Shown: positions 38,784 through 53,474, counted from the stretch's first letter. The stretch: DNA of 64,000 nucleotides from Spirochaetota bacterium (GCA_025457915.1 JALOTL010000005.1:68852-132851); one strand, 5' to 3'. Notes: generated from the sequence alone by a model not told the origin. Numbers and translations are program-made.

Positions 38784-39575
38784 ATGAAAAACAAAAAACT
38801 CAGAGACGTTCAATCCGAACCGGATCACAGGAATATCCCGATAAACAAGGTCGGCGTCAAGGATATCTCCTATCCCGTTGTCGTGCTGGACAGGGCCGAG
38901 GGCAGACAGCATACGGTTGCCAGGGTAAACATGTATGTCAACCTCCCGCACCATTTCCGCGGCACCCATATGAGCAGGTTCATCGAAATACTCAACAAAT
39001 ACAGAGACGGGATAAGCACCCTGAACATCAGGGATATCCTGGATGAGATGAAGAAGCAGCTCGACTCTGAAACCGCCCATTTTGAGATCGAGTTCCCCTA
39101 TTTTATTACCAAGGAGGCGCCGGTCTCGAAGGAGAAGGCGAAAATGGAATATACCTGCACCCTTGTGGCCAATTCAAACGAGGATTATTATACGCTCGAG
39201 GTCAGGGTGCCTGTCCTTTCTCTCTGTCCCTGCTCCAAAGAGATCAGCAGGTATGGAGGGCACAACCAGAGGTCGTTTTTGTCGGTACGGATAAAAGCAA
39301 GGGATAAGATCTGGATAGAAAACCTTATCGAGGTAGCGGAAAAATCGGCCAGTTCGGATATATATTCAATCCTTAAAAGGGAGGATGAGAAGTACATCAC
39401 GGAAAAATCTTACGAAAATCCGCTGTTTGTGGAAGACATGGTGAGAAATGCCTCTGAAAAACTCATGAAAATGGAAGGCGTGCTCTGGTTTTCAGTCGAA
39501 TCTGAAAACATGGAATCCATCCATAACCATTCTGCCTATGCTCAGATAGAAATGGACCTCCGGGATAAAAGATAA
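38784..39575 (+). CDS. folE2: GTP cyclohydrolase FolE2/MptA family (type IB GTP cyclohydrolase I)
   Basis: VQSEPDHRNIPINKVGVKDISYPVVV...MYVNLPHHFRGTHMSRF matches the conserved FolE2 N-terminal region. Confidence 0.7.
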   Translation: MKNKKLRDVQSEPDHRNIPINKVGVKDISYPVVVLDRAEGRQHTVARVNMYVNLPHHFRGTHMSRFIEILNKYRDGISTLNIRDILDEMKKQLDSETAHFEIEFPYFITKEAPVSKEKAKMEYTCTLVANSNEDYYTLEVRVPVLSLCPCSKEISRYGGHNQRSFLSVRIKARDKIWIENLIEVAEKSASSDIYSILKREDEKYITEKSYENPLFVEDMVRNASEKLMKMEGVLWFSVESENMESIHNHSAYAQIEMDLRDKR

Positions 39576-39702
39576 TTTTTTACATTTGACATTAATTTTA
39601 TCTAAATGAATATTGCGGAAATCGATTTTAGCATAAATCCTGCCGGGTTATTGTAACCATAACCGGAAAAGGTGTTCACAATAACAATTCTGGAGAAATG
39701 AC

Positions 39703-41079
39703 ATGAAGAGATCGTTTATTTTATTCTTGCTGATAGTATCTTCCATGGCCTCGGGATGCAAGATGAAGGGCGACGAGCTTGCTGTTTTTACCGACGGTAA
39801 GATTACAAGGGGACAGTTCTATGAATGGATCGAAATACGAAAATTCCCCAGAGACATGATTTTAAAGAAGAAGTCCGATCAAAAGAACAGGATCAGACAG
39901 CTGGCAGTCGACATCATCTCTTCCAGGGAGGCAGCCAGGGCGGGCTTCGATAAAAGAGAAGATTATAAATATCTCATGGAAATCGCCAGGAGGGACTTTA
40001 TTGCTGGTTATTATATGAAGAACATGAGGGAATCCGGTTCCTTCAGCGAGGAAGCCGTCAGGGTCAGCATGATAAGGCTGATAGTAAAATCATACAAGAT
40101 AGAAAATAATAAAAGGGTCGATCTTGGAAAAGCCGAGACTGATGTTGAATTTGAAAAACGGATTGCCGAGGCAAAATCTATAATCAAGGAACTCGACGAA
40201 GGAAAATCATTCAGCGATCTTGCCGGCAAGTATTCCGAGGATTACACAAAAAACAGCGGCGGGGATATTGGATTTATAACAATGGACATGAGGGGAGAAA
40301 ATTTCGGCAAGTCGGTTTTCGGATTGAAGGAAGGCCAGTACACGAAAGAGCCTGTCAGGGATATGGACAGCGTGCTGGTTCTGAAGGTTGAAAAGAAGGT
40401 CACGCTGACGGAGAAGAATATTGACGGCTACATCAAGGATGAGAACATGCGGAACCAGATGAAGGCGAGGCTTTCCGGCAAGAATGCCAGGCAGGTCCAG
40501 GAAAAACTGGCCAAGGCTCCGGACGTTGAAAGCCACATGGAAAGGATAAACGCCGGACCTGACGCGGTTTTGTTTAAAATAGGGAACGAACAGTTCAAGG
40601 TGGCCGATCTCAACAAAATGATCGATTTCATTACAAAGAAGACGAGCGGCTTCAGGCCGAAGGCCCATCTAATTAACGACAGCTACAAGAAGGGTATAAC
40701 CGAAAGGCTTTTCAAGGAAGAGCTGATGGTCAGGGAGGCCAAAAAGACCGGCCTGGATAAAAGCGAGGGATTTCTAAAGGAATTGGAATACTTCAAGGAT
40801 TACAATCTCGGGAATTACTATAAGAATGAGACTATAATGCCACTCGTGAAGGTCACACCTGATGATGTTATAAAGGAATATAATATCAACAGGGACAGGA
40901 TGTATTCAAGGACTGACAGGGGAGGAGTGAAGGTGCCGATGAATTTTAACGAGATAAGGGAAAGAATACAATACATGCTAATAAACAAGAAATATTCGGC
41001 AGAGAAGGAGAAATGGGAAAACGAGCTGCTGTCCAAATACAAGTTCAAGATCAACGAATCAAAACTCGAGGGTGATTGA
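39703..41079 (+). CDS. Peptidyl-prolyl cis-trans isomerase lipoprotein (parvulin domain; SurA/PrsA-like chaperone)
   Basis: Lipobox ASGC. Parvulin PPIase motifs FSDLAGKYSEDYTKNSGGDIGFITMDMRGENFGKSVFGLKEGQYT. Confidence 0.7.
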   Translation: MKRSFILFLLIVSSMASGCKMKGDELAVFTDGKITRGQFYEWIEIRKFPRDMILKKKSDQKNRIRQLAVDIISSREAARAGFDKREDYKYLMEIARRDFIAGYYMKNMRESGSFSEEAVRVSMIRLIVKSYKIENNKRVDLGKAETDVEFEKRIAEAKSIIKELDEGKSFSDLAGKYSEDYTKNSGGDIGFITMDMRGENFGKSVFGLKEGQYTKEPVRDMDSVLVLKVEKKVTLTEKNIDGYIKDENMRNQMKARLSGKNARQVQEKLAKAPDVESHMERINAGPDAVLFKIGNEQFKVADLNKMIDFITKKTSGFRPKAHLINDSYKKGITERLFKEELMVREAKKTGLDKSEGFLKELEYFKDYNLGNYYKNETIMPLVKVTPDDVIKEYNINRDRMYSRTDRGGVKVPMNFNEIRERIQYMLINKKYSAEKEKWENELLSKYKFKINESKLEGD

Positions 41080-41115
41080 TAATCCTCAATAATAGATACA
41101 GTAATGAAAGGGGGC

Positions 41116-41370
41116 TTAATTTATAGTGCCGTTCGCGGTTATGAGTGAAGCCCCCCTCATGTTTACTGTCGCACCGCCCTCTATCGTAATTTCATTGAAG
41201 GTATCCACGTCCAGCCCGAGGTCTTTTGCCGATTCAACGTAAAAATTAATCACGCTTTTTATTCTTCGTATCGCTTCACCCTCGCTGGATCCATAACAGT
41301 TTATCTCGAGCTCCGGGCAATTTGCTATTATCTGGTCTTCCTGCTTGATCAATTTCACGGATATCTTCAT
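41116..41370 (-). CDS. Small hypothetical protein with a HicB-like/DUF1902-like N-terminal pattern
   Basis: MKISVKLIKQEDQIIANCPELEINCYGSSEGEAIRRIKSVINFYVES resembles HicB-family antitoxin N-domains. No adjacent HicA-like ORF was found. Confidence 0.3.
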   Translation of the reverse strand: MKISVKLIKQEDQIIANCPELEINCYGSSEGEAIRRIKSVINFYVESAKDLGLDVDTFNEITIEGGATVNMRGASLITANGTIN

Positions 41371-41643
41371 TATTTATTCCCTTTTGCGATGGAGTTACTC
41401 ATTAATTATCGGATCGGGGTAAAATCTGCTTGATATTTAAGATGAGTGGTAATGATTAAACTGAAGGGCTGATTTTCCGGCTTAATTCTTCAATAATTAG
41501 ATATCATGCGTATAATTTATTTTAGTTATCATATCAATGAACAGACTTTCATGAAATTGACCGGGTGAATATATTTTTTAAAAAAACTTGACAAAATATG
41601 GGGTAATTGTCCAATTATTTTTGATTTTCAGGTACAGAGGGCA

Positions 41644-41895
41644 TTGAAAGATAAATCGTCAAAAAGAACCGTATTCGCTAATATTACCGTCGGCATGCAG
41701 TTCGGAATCACGGTCTCCATTTTTGTGTACGGCGGGTACAGGCTCGATTTGTATCTGAATAAATCTCCATTGTTTGTTTCCATAGGCGCGATGCTCGGAA
41801 TGGTTATCGGGTTTTATAATCTCATGAAGGAATTGTCATACGAAACACACAAGGAGAAGGAGGACAGGAATAAAAAAAGAATTCGGTGGATGTGA
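41644..41895 (+). CDS. atpZ: AtpZ/AtpI-family small membrane protein preceding the F-type ATP synthase genes (TTG start)
   Basis: Two transmembrane helices with the pattern ANITVGMQFGITVSIFVYGGYRLDLYL...IGAMLGMVIGFYNL. Position upstream of atpB. Confidence 0.6.
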   Translation: MKDKSSKRTVFANITVGMQFGITVSIFVYGGYRLDLYLNKSPLFVSIGAMLGMVIGFYNLMKELSYETHKEKEDRNKKRIRWM

Positions 41896-42036
41896 CAAAA
41901 TTACTTGATTTTTTAATACAATTTTTTAGATTGACACTGATAGCAGATCTCAAAAACGGCATACAACCATTAAACAGGATTTCATAAATCACCCGTAGAA
42001 ATCACCTGCTTTAATAACATCGATGAGGTTATTGTA

Positions 42037-42903
42037 ATGATTCGTTTAGTTCAAGTCTTCAATACTCTTATACAGTCGGGCGGTGAAAAAGGCGAAGAAT
42101 CGATGTATGATGTGGTTATGCATCACCTTACCGACCATGCAATAACAACCGGTTTCATCGGAAAAATAAATATTCAAATTGAAAGCCTCATCGGAGGAAA
42201 GCTTTTCGGCATATTCGACATGCGGATCACCAGATGGGTTCTCATGATGTGGCTGGCCCTCTTTCTCTGCGTTATCATCTTTATCCCGGTAGCAAGATCG
42301 ATAAAGAAATCAACCATGGGTTCGAAGTCGAGATGGATAAACATGTGGGAGTCCCTCATCGGGTTCGTTCATGATGAAATAGTAGAGCCGAACTTCGATC
42401 ACAAGTATATCAGAAAGGCGATGCCTTATTTTTCATCGGTTTTCTTTTTCATTCTTTTCTGCAACCTGCTGGGGCTGATACCCGGCTTGTCAACGGCTAC
42501 CGGAAACCTGGCCGTCACCGCGGGCATGGCATCATTTACGTTCCTTCTGATGATACTGGTGGGAATGGTGAAGCAGGGTCCGCTCTGGATATTCACGGGA
42601 ATAGTTCCTCACGGTATTCCCTTCGTCATGTATTTCCTGCTGTGGCCTATCGAGATAGCCGGACTCATCATCAAGCCATTCGCCCTCACCGTCCGACTTT
42701 TCGCGAACATGACCGCCGGGCACATAGTAATAATCATATTCATATATCTCGTAATGATGTTCCAGAATTATTTCGTTGGAATCGGTTCAATCGCGGGTTC
42801 GCTGATGATATATATGCTGGAGTTATTGGTCGCTTTCATCCAGGCGTATATTTTCGCAACCCTGTCGGCAATGTTCATCGGATCATCGATGCACGCACAC
42901 TAA
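42037..42903 (+). CDS. atpB: F0F1 ATP synthase subunit a
   Basis: Conserved ALTVRLFANMTAGH with the essential Arg. Polytopic. The true start may be an internal Met. Confidence 0.85.
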   Translation: MIRLVQVFNTLIQSGGEKGEESMYDVVMHHLTDHAITTGFIGKINIQIESLIGGKLFGIFDMRITRWVLMMWLALFLCVIIFIPVARSIKKSTMGSKSRWINMWESLIGFVHDEIVEPNFDHKYIRKAMPYFSSVFFFILFCNLLGLIPGLSTATGNLAVTAGMASFTFLLMILVGMVKQGPLWIFTGIVPHGIPFVMYFLLWPIEIAGLIIKPFALTVRLFANMTAGHIVIIIFIYLVMMFQNYFVGIGSIAGSLMIYMLELLVAFIQAYIFATLSAMFIGSSMHAH

Positions 42904-42973
42904 GGAAATATTTTTCTCTGTAATTGAAGAGAAGAATAAATAAATTTGTAAAAACAAATCTTAGGAGGATTAA

Positions 42974-43267
42974 ATGGAATATTTAGGGCTTTCGTATCTG
43001 GCAGCGGGTCTGGGCGCAGGTCTGGTTGTTATCGGAGCAGCACTGGGTATTGGTAGACTGGCTTCTGGTGCCATCGAGGGCATGGCCCGTCAGCCTGAAT
43101 TGAGTGGTGACTTGAGGACTGCTATGATCATCGCGGCAGCTCTTATCGAAGGTTTCACCTTCTTTGCTCTGGTTATTACGTTCATGCTTGCAACACAGGC
43201 TCCAAAAGAATTCCCAACTAAAGCAGCTGAAAAAGCTGAGGCACCAGTAGTTGTAGAAAAAAAATAA
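42974..43267 (+). CDS. atpE: F0F1 ATP synthase subunit c
   Basis: GLGAGLVVIGAALGIGRLASGAIEGMARQPE...ALIEGFTFFALV hairpin c-subunit. Confidence 0.9.
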   Translation: MEYLGLSYLAAGLGAGLVVIGAALGIGRLASGAIEGMARQPELSGDLRTAMIIAAALIEGFTFFALVITFMLATQAPKEFPTKAAEKAEAPVVVEKK

Positions 43268-43289
43268 TTAATACGATAGGTTAGTTGCA

Positions 43290-43799
43290 ATGCAATTTAT
43301 AAAGGAAGGTTTGCTAAAGGTTGATCCGGGTCTTCTGCTCTGGACGGTAATAACTTTTTTGATTTTATTGCTGATCCTGTGGAAGGCCGCCTGGAAGCCA
43401 ATAGTTGAAGCTCTTGACTCCAGGGCTGAAAAGATCAGGGGCGATATTGAAAACGCGGAGAAATCCCGGCAGGAGGCTGAAAAAATTCTCAATCAGCACA
43501 GGGAAATGATGGCGAATGCTAGGAGCGAGTCCGCGCAGATAATATCTAAAGGAAGGGAAGAGGCCGAAAAGATCAAAAATGATATTGTCGATAAGGCAAA
43601 TTCTGAATCCAAGGCCATTGCAGAAAGGGCAAAAAAAGAAATTGAAATGGTCAAGGAAAAAGCCCTTACCGATCTCAAGGCGGAAGTTGTCATGCTTTCA
43701 ACTGAAATTGCAGCGAAGATAATCAACAAGAACATTAACGCGGATGATCAGAAATCTCTTGTTAATGAAGCACTTAATAAAATAAGGACAGTTCAGTAA
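43290..43799 (+). CDS. atpF: F0F1 ATP synthase subunit b
   Basis: N-terminal transmembrane segment then a long charged alpha-helical region (AEKSRQEAEKILNQHRE...). Operon position. Confidence 0.8.
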   Translation: MQFIKEGLLKVDPGLLLWTVITFLILLLILWKAAWKPIVEALDSRAEKIRGDIENAEKSRQEAEKILNQHREMMANARSESAQIISKGREEAEKIKNDIVDKANSESKAIAERAKKEIEMVKEKALTDLKAEVVMLSTEIAAKIINKNINADDQKSLVNEALNKIRTVQ

Positions 43800-43851
43800 A
43801 CCTGAACTGTCCTTTGTGTTTTTTAAATCTATGCGGTAAAGGTAAAAGAAA

Positions 43852-45919
<2,068 letters not shown>

Positions 45920-45967
45920 CTCAAGGAGCAAACTAGTATACGAATCTCGAATCTGTGAGGAAAGATT

Positions 45968-46852
45968 GTGGCTAATCAACGGGATATAAGAAACAGAATC
46001 AAGTCGATCTCCAATACCAAGAAGATCACGAGCACCATGGAAATGGTGTCTACTGCGAAGATGAAAAAAATGCAGGTCCGTCTTGAGCAGTCAAAGCCAT
46101 ATGAGAACAAGGTCAATGAGATAATAACGAATCTGATTTCGACCGGGGTTTCGGCTACTCTCATGGATCCGCATTTCAGGGAAGTATCCGATCCTTCCAG
46201 GATACTCATACTCACCATAGCCGGGAACAGGGGATTATGCGGAAGCTTCAACACGAATATAATAGAAAAGTCTCTCAATTTCAAGGACAAGCTCGTTGAA
46301 GAAGGGAAAGAGGTGCTTAATTACGTGATCGGGAAAAAGGGCATAAATTTCATGAACTTCATCAAGGAGCCAATGTATAAATCTGCCCCGAACCCGGAAG
46401 ATAAGATTACATTCGATACTGCCACAAAGATCGGGAATGAGTTGAGACAGCTTTTCATAAGCGGCGAAGTTCATGAGGTATACATCGCATACACGAAGGT
46501 GGTTTCTTCGTCATCCCAGAAACCTGAGATAATCAGGCTTCTTCCCATACCTCCTGATGAAGAGGTACTGAAGGATCCTACCAGCAGATCGAATGTCGAA
46601 TATATTTTCGAGCCGAACCCTGCAAGAATTTTCTCTTATCTTCTGCCCCTATTTATCAAGGTGAGAATTTTTACATGTTTTCTTGAATCAGCCTTTTCGG
46701 AACAGTTTTCCAGAAGGGTGGCTATGAAAAATGCGACTGATGCATCTGGTGAGATGATCAGGGAGCTGACGATTTCTTACAACAGGGCAAGACAGGCCAA
46801 GATAACCAACGAGATCGCGGAGATCGTCGGCGGTGCTGCCGCTCTCGAGTAG
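45968..46852 (+). CDS. atpG: F0F1 ATP synthase subunit gamma
   Basis: ANQRDIRNRIKSISNTKKITSTMEMVSTAKMKK and the C-terminal ...ITNEIAEIVGGAAALE. Confidence 0.9.
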   Translation: MANQRDIRNRIKSISNTKKITSTMEMVSTAKMKKMQVRLEQSKPYENKVNEIITNLISTGVSATLMDPHFREVSDPSRILILTIAGNRGLCGSFNTNIIEKSLNFKDKLVEEGKEVLNYVIGKKGINFMNFIKEPMYKSAPNPEDKITFDTATKIGNELRQLFISGEVHEVYIAYTKVVSSSSQKPEIIRLLPIPPDEEVLKDPTSRSNVEYIFEPNPARIFSYLLPLFIKVRIFTCFLESAFSEQFSRRVAMKNATDASGEMIRELTISYNRARQAKITNEIAEIVGGAAALE

Positions 46853-46872
46853 ATATGAAATAAAACATATGA

Positions 46873-48719
<1,847 letters not shown>

Positions 48720-48750
48720 CACCCGGTATCAATTAAATTTGAAATTAAAA

Positions 48751-48779
48751 AGGATGCTGCTGTCAGCATCCTTTTTTTG
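48751..48779 (+). terminator. Rho-independent terminator after the atp operon (ggatgctgctgtcagcatcc plus T7)
   Basis: Perfect 8-bp stem with a T-run. Confidence 0.75.
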
Positions 48780-48946
48780 TGAATTATTGCCTGTTTTGTT
48801 TTAAAATCCTTGTATCATTACTATTATTTTGCTATTTATTTTTTATTTTAGACTTAAATTCCGATATTATAAGGGGATTTTTATTCTTGCGTTTGAATAT
48901 TGTTTATTATTATATTAATATGGAATTTTAACTAACTTCAGGCAAT

Positions 48947-50713
48947 ATGGATTCCAGAGATAAAGTCAAATCAATCGGTCAGGTGAAAAATGGATTACCG
49001 GAAGGCTTTTCGATCGATGATATCGGAAAAATCGATCTTAGAGAGGCTGAAGAAATAGCCAATGAAGATGTCCTGAACCTGACAGAAGAAGACCTGCTTA
49101 GTGAAATCGATGATATCGATTTTTACACGGGAATGGAGAAAGGTCAAATAAAATCCGCGCCTTCAAAACGTTCAAAACCTGCAGTGGTTGCATCTTTTTC
49201 CGGGTCCGATCTGGAGAAGGGGGACAGTCATAATATCAACGGAGAAAAACCGGATGAACCGACTGGAGAAAAGGCCGGGGAAACCTGGGTCCCCATCCAT
49301 AAATTAATGGAAAAGCATGAAAAAAAACCGGGAATAAATGTTGTGGAGGAATACAGCGGGTGGGTTCCGCTTGAAAAAATCGCAAAGGACATCGCGTCCG
49401 ATGAGCATGATAATAACCCGGGAAAAGAGTCAAAAAATCAAGATGAGAACACGGAGCCGGTTTTTATTGTTGATGAACTTGAGCGTGAAAACGCTGCGAT
49501 GCCGGGCGGTGGGAATTTAGATGAAAACCTTACTGAATCGTCTGATGGTGATGAAATCGTCGATCAATACGAGATGAAATCAGGCAAAGGACCCGATGCC
49601 CTTTCCCTTGAAATACCTACAGTCCTGGAAGAGGAATTGGATTCCGGGATAGAATCTAGCGGCATTCAACCATATACACAACCCGCGGTTGCTGTCGGTG
49701 ATACTCATACGTCTTTCCGTCAGGCGAAGGTGGAAACGACACCAAGGCCGAAGGAATTGCTGCCGGAAGAATTCAAGCAGCAAGACGTGTCTGCGGGAAA
49801 TGTTTTATTCATCGACGACGATCTCGTGGACAAGGCGGAAATTGATTCAAAAATCGTTTTCGAATACAATGAACTTGAAAGGCTCACATCGGATATCCTG
49901 CAGATAGACGAGGGCAAATCTGCAGTTCTTCACGAGGCCGATGTTGACGAGGACAGGAAGCGCATCGCGAATGTAACAATGGATTTTGCGGCGGCGATGG
50001 AGGGCATGCTTGTAGATTTCGAAGAGGAATATGATTACCGGGACAGGGAGCTTGATTTCATCCACGCGCAGATAGTTGAAGAGGATTACGGTAAATACAT
50101 AAGGGACATAGATGAATTCTACGGGATAAAGGGTAAAAAGGCCGTATCAACAGCGGTTGAGATTCTCGGTCTTACCTCGGATGAGATATCGGGGATAGAA
50201 AAGAATCTGTTCCCGGTTGAATATGAAAATATGGGCAATTACGAGATATTCGATTTTTTCAAAAAAGAACCGGCCGGCAAAGACAGGGCCTATCCCATAC
50301 AAAAGAACATCACCTATATGAATGCCGGCTTACGTTTAATGGATGATGACGAGAGGAATTCAATAGAAACCGACGTTGATTCGTCCGGGGCCTTGATATT
50401 TGAAGAAGACATTGAAAAGATCATGACCCTTCTCGGCAGACCCGTATCTGTAGTGTCCATCCCCGCGGCGGAACATGCCAGGGAAGACGAGAAAATATGC
50501 GATATAACCGATAAGGTCGTCATACTCGAAGATGTCGATGACGTTGAGCGTTTCATAAGCATTTATCCGGAACAAAAAAAATCTGACATAAAAAAACTTC
50601 TGGGTTATCTTGACGGTCTTTTTGAAAAGCTTCCGGAAACCACGATAAAAAATTTTACTGATTCGGAATATTTCGATCTGTATGTAAAAGTACTGAATGA
50701 TCTGGGTGAATAA
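48947..50713 (+). CDS. Highly acidic hypothetical protein (588 aa, Asp/Glu-rich)
   Basis: Long ORF with extreme D/E content and no recognisable domain. Ends 4 nt before the next gene. Confidence 0.45.
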   Translation: MDSRDKVKSIGQVKNGLPEGFSIDDIGKIDLREAEEIANEDVLNLTEEDLLSEIDDIDFYTGMEKGQIKSAPSKRSKPAVVASFSGSDLEKGDSHNINGEKPDEPTGEKAGETWVPIHKLMEKHEKKPGINVVEEYSGWVPLEKIAKDIASDEHDNNPGKESKNQDENTEPVFIVDELERENAAMPGGGNLDENLTESSDGDEIVDQYEMKSGKGPDALSLEIPTVLEEELDSGIESSGIQPYTQPAVAVGDTHTSFRQAKVETTPRPKELLPEEFKQQDVSAGNVLFIDDDLVDKAEIDSKIVFEYNELERLTSDILQIDEGKSAVLHEADVDEDRKRIANVTMDFAAAMEGMLVDFEEEYDYRDRELDFIHAQIVEEDYGKYIRDIDEFYGIKGKKAVSTAVEILGLTSDEISGIEKNLFPVEYENMGNYEIFDFFKKEPAGKDRAYPIQKNITYMNAGLRLMDDDERNSIETDVDSSGALIFEEDIEKIMTLLGRPVSVVSIPAAEHAREDEKICDITDKVVILEDVDDVERFISIYPEQKKSDIKKLLGYLDGLFEKLPETTIKNFTDSEYFDLYVKVLNDLGE

Positions 50714-50716
50714 AAA

Positions 50717-52606
50717 ATGGGTTTGCTTGAAAAGGCCTTGAGCTACAAGAACAGAATGAACAATGAAGGCAAGACGTCGATTATGGACAGGATCAAGGGT
50801 CCGGCCGAGACGAGTTTTGCCGATGACGAATTTCAATCCAACGGGGATGAACCTGGAATGGAGAACGGTATTGTTTACCTTAAAAAAACAGATCTGGTCG
50901 AGGTTGAAACGGACAATGCGGGCGGGGTAATGTCAAAAAACCCGGCAAGTGACGATCTCGCGATAGATGAGTTCCTTTCAGACGTGGATGAGACCCCTCC
51001 TTCATCAACAAGCGGAAATGCGCAGAAAATGTCACGGGAGCCTTCCGCTGAAAAAACTTTTCCGGGTCGTCCGGAAAAAAAAGATATCAATCAGCCTCAA
51101 GGCGGTGATTCGGCCGTGACACGACCCGGGAGGATAACCGGTATAACCTCCCAGGGGGAAGATACTTCGGATTACATGACGCTTTATGAAATAGGAAGGG
51201 ACCTGGTGAGGGCCGAGACCAAGGAGCAGCTTTTTGACATAATAATGTTTTCACTGATGGGGCAGCTGGGTGTAACTTCATCATCAATATTAATTCCGGT
51301 TTCGAATGACGGCGAGAAATGGAAGATTGTCGAGTCGAGGGGTGTTACGATTGACGACGAAAACCTGATGTTCGACAAGAAGGACGGGATACTCGGCGAG
51401 CTCGTAAAGTGTTCGGATATCATAGATATCGAGGACTATAAAAATTCAGAAGGATTCAGGGACGATTATTTGAATTACATATCCGTTGACGCAAGGCTGC
51501 TGGTGCCGATGATCCATGAAGAGAATGTCATAGGCGCAATCGTGGCGGGGAACAAGCTTGTATCGGATGAAGTCACCGGTGATGAAATTAATTTTATAAG
51601 GTCCATAGCGGATTTCTCCGCTCATATTTACGGGAGCATAATTTCACGGGAAGAGGTCTACAGGAATCTTGAGGAACTGAGGATGAATGAGAGCTTCCTG
51701 GGCGAGATCAACGGTATTAAGAAATCCATCCTCATGCAGGATGACGTTGATGGTCTGACCGGTATACTTCAGGATGAATTTAAAAAAATCGGTCTGGATT
51801 CTTACGCGCTATTCCTGAAGGACGCAGGCGGAGATTTTTTTGATTCGGTGGTTTGTGAAAAGGAAGATTTTTTGGGATTTAAGGAATCGCCCCTGTCCAT
51901 TGATTCTTCGTCAGGGCTCGTAACCCGGATCATAAATTCAGAAAACCCCCTTAAAATAGACGACTTCAGGAGTTCTGATATCGTAAACGAGACGTTGACG
52001 GCAAACCGGATTTCAAAAATGAATACCGCACTCATCTACAGCTATAAGATTTCAAGGAGCCTGAAGGGGTTTATAATAGTTTTCAGGATATCAGAACTTG
52101 CGGATATGAATGAGATCGATAAAAAAATCACTGCTCTTTCCGAGACGGTTTTTGCCAGCATGGAAACCCTGATGGAAATCAGGGCCAAGAGCGGCAGATT
52201 TTTTGACAGCATGGACCTGGTTTTAAAAAAAATCGAGAAGGAAATCAATAATGCCAGGAACCTTGGCATCCCCCTTGTGCTGGCCGTCATTTCCATTAAG
52301 AATTTAAAAAGATACAATTTACTGTTCGGTTACAACAGGACGAATGATTTGATGGATGATATTGAATCAATCATCAAGGCCAGGCTTTCTGACGTGGATT
52401 TCTGCATAAGATACGACAGGCATAAATTCCTGATCGTGCTTCCGGGAAAGGACAGGAAATACGCGATACCCTTCGCGAGCGCAATCCATAGTGAAATTAC
52501 GGGAAAGTACAGCAGCGATGAGATACAGCTGCTCGTGACCAACCTGGTATCGGAATTTCCGGCTGACGGTGACGATCCTTATGCTCTTATCGATGCTCTC
52601 GATTGA
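50717..52606 (+). CDS. GAF-domain protein with a C-terminal degenerate GGDEF domain (signature replaced by DRHKF)
   Basis: GAF-like regions (LYEIGRDLVRAETKEQLFDIIMFSLMGQLGV...LVPMIHEENVIGAIVAGNK). The C-terminus has GGDEF fold landmarks (LVLAVISIKNLKRYNLLFGYNRTNDLMDDIESIIKARL...IRYDRHKFLIVLPG), with RYDRHKF in place of RYGGDEF. Confidence 0.5.
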   Translation: MGLLEKALSYKNRMNNEGKTSIMDRIKGPAETSFADDEFQSNGDEPGMENGIVYLKKTDLVEVETDNAGGVMSKNPASDDLAIDEFLSDVDETPPSSTSGNAQKMSREPSAEKTFPGRPEKKDINQPQGGDSAVTRPGRITGITSQGEDTSDYMTLYEIGRDLVRAETKEQLFDIIMFSLMGQLGVTSSSILIPVSNDGEKWKIVESRGVTIDDENLMFDKKDGILGELVKCSDIIDIEDYKNSEGFRDDYLNYISVDARLLVPMIHEENVIGAIVAGNKLVSDEVTGDEINFIRSIADFSAHIYGSIISREEVYRNLEELRMNESFLGEINGIKKSILMQDDVDGLTGILQDEFKKIGLDSYALFLKDAGGDFFDSVVCEKEDFLGFKESPLSIDSSSGLVTRIINSENPLKIDDFRSSDIVNETLTANRISKMNTALIYSYKISRSLKGFIIVFRISELADMNEIDKKITALSETVFASMETLMEIRAKSGRFFDSMDLVLKKIEKEINNARNLGIPLVLAVISIKNLKRYNLLFGYNRTNDLMDDIESIIKARLSDVDFCIRYDRHKFLIVLPGKDRKYAIPFASAIHSEITGKYSSDEIQLLVTNLVSEFPADGDDPYALIDALD

Positions 52607-52655
52607 GACGTGTGATTCACGGTTTTAATTTGAATCGGTACTGATAAATTATTAA

Positions 52656-53474
52656 GTGCTTGACGTGTTGGTCATAAAAAGCGTTTTCATGGAATTGCCT
52701 GCAGGCGATCATTCAATCGGTATTGATACTGCGAAAGCGGAATCAGTTGAAAAGGCGTTAATAACGAAGGTTGACAAGTCCTATCTGAGCAATTCAATCC
52801 CCCGCCACATTGTCAGGTTTGCCAACCCGGTTTTTATTTCCAGGAGACACGTTACCCTTTCGGAATTTGATTTTTTCATCGGCGATACCGGTTATGTAAC
52901 TGAGGCCGAAATGGAGGGGTGGGGGTGGATATGGAAAAAAAAGTGGGAGAAGATACTCGGGGTCTCATGGAAAAATCCATTCAGTGATGATGCGGACGTG
53001 ATTTACCGTGGATCCGGGGAAATATTTCCGGTATTGCAGACCAGCTGGAATGATGCTGTAAAATACTGCGAATGGTTCGCACAGAAAAATGGGCTCGGAG
53101 CCAGGCTCCCTTCGGAAAGTGAATGGGAAATTTTTTCAACCGTTGCAGGAGGCAGGCGGATAGAGGATATCATTCTGGAGCCGGCGGCGGAAAATAAACT
53201 CGACTCATGCAAGTATCTGGACAGGATAAAAAATTCAGTTGAGTCGAGCGAAATAACTCCAGTAGGGCTTTTATGGGAATGGACCCTCGACTGGTTTGAT
53301 TCATATCCCGGGGGTGCGGCAAACAGGGAATTCGGAAAGGTTTACAAGGTACTCAGGGGGGGGTCGGTTTTAAGCGAACCATACCAGCGTGCTATGGAAT
53401 ACAGGTTCAGGAGATGTCCCACCGCGAGAAGCCCTTACTACGGATTCAGGGTGGCGGTAACGGCTCCAGCCTGA
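52656..53474 (+). CDS. FGE-sulfatase (SUMF1/EgtB/PvdO) family protein
   Basis: Hallmarks WEWTLDWF...YKVLRGGSVLSEP...RSPYYGFRVAV of the formylglycine-generating-enzyme fold. The true start is probably the ATG at 52689. Confidence 0.7.
   Translation: MLDVLVIKSVFMELPAGDHSIGIDTAKAESVEKALITKVDKSYLSNSIPRHIVRFANPVFISRRHVTLSEFDFFIGDTGYVTEAEMEGWGWIWKKKWEKILGVSWKNPFSDDADVIYRGSGEIFPVLQTSWNDAVKYCEWFAQKNGLGARLPSESEWEIFSTVAGGRRIEDIILEPAAENKLDSCKYLDRIKNSVESSEITPVGLLWEWTLDWFDSYPGGAANREFGKVYKVLRGGSVLSEPYQRAMEYRFRRCPTARSPYYGFRVAVTAPA

Noticed and set aside
41371-41640. Search for a HicA-like toxin partner of the HicB-like small ORF
   Set aside because: The region is AT-rich promoter DNA (TTGACA at 41588) with no plausible small ORF having an RNase-like or basic character.
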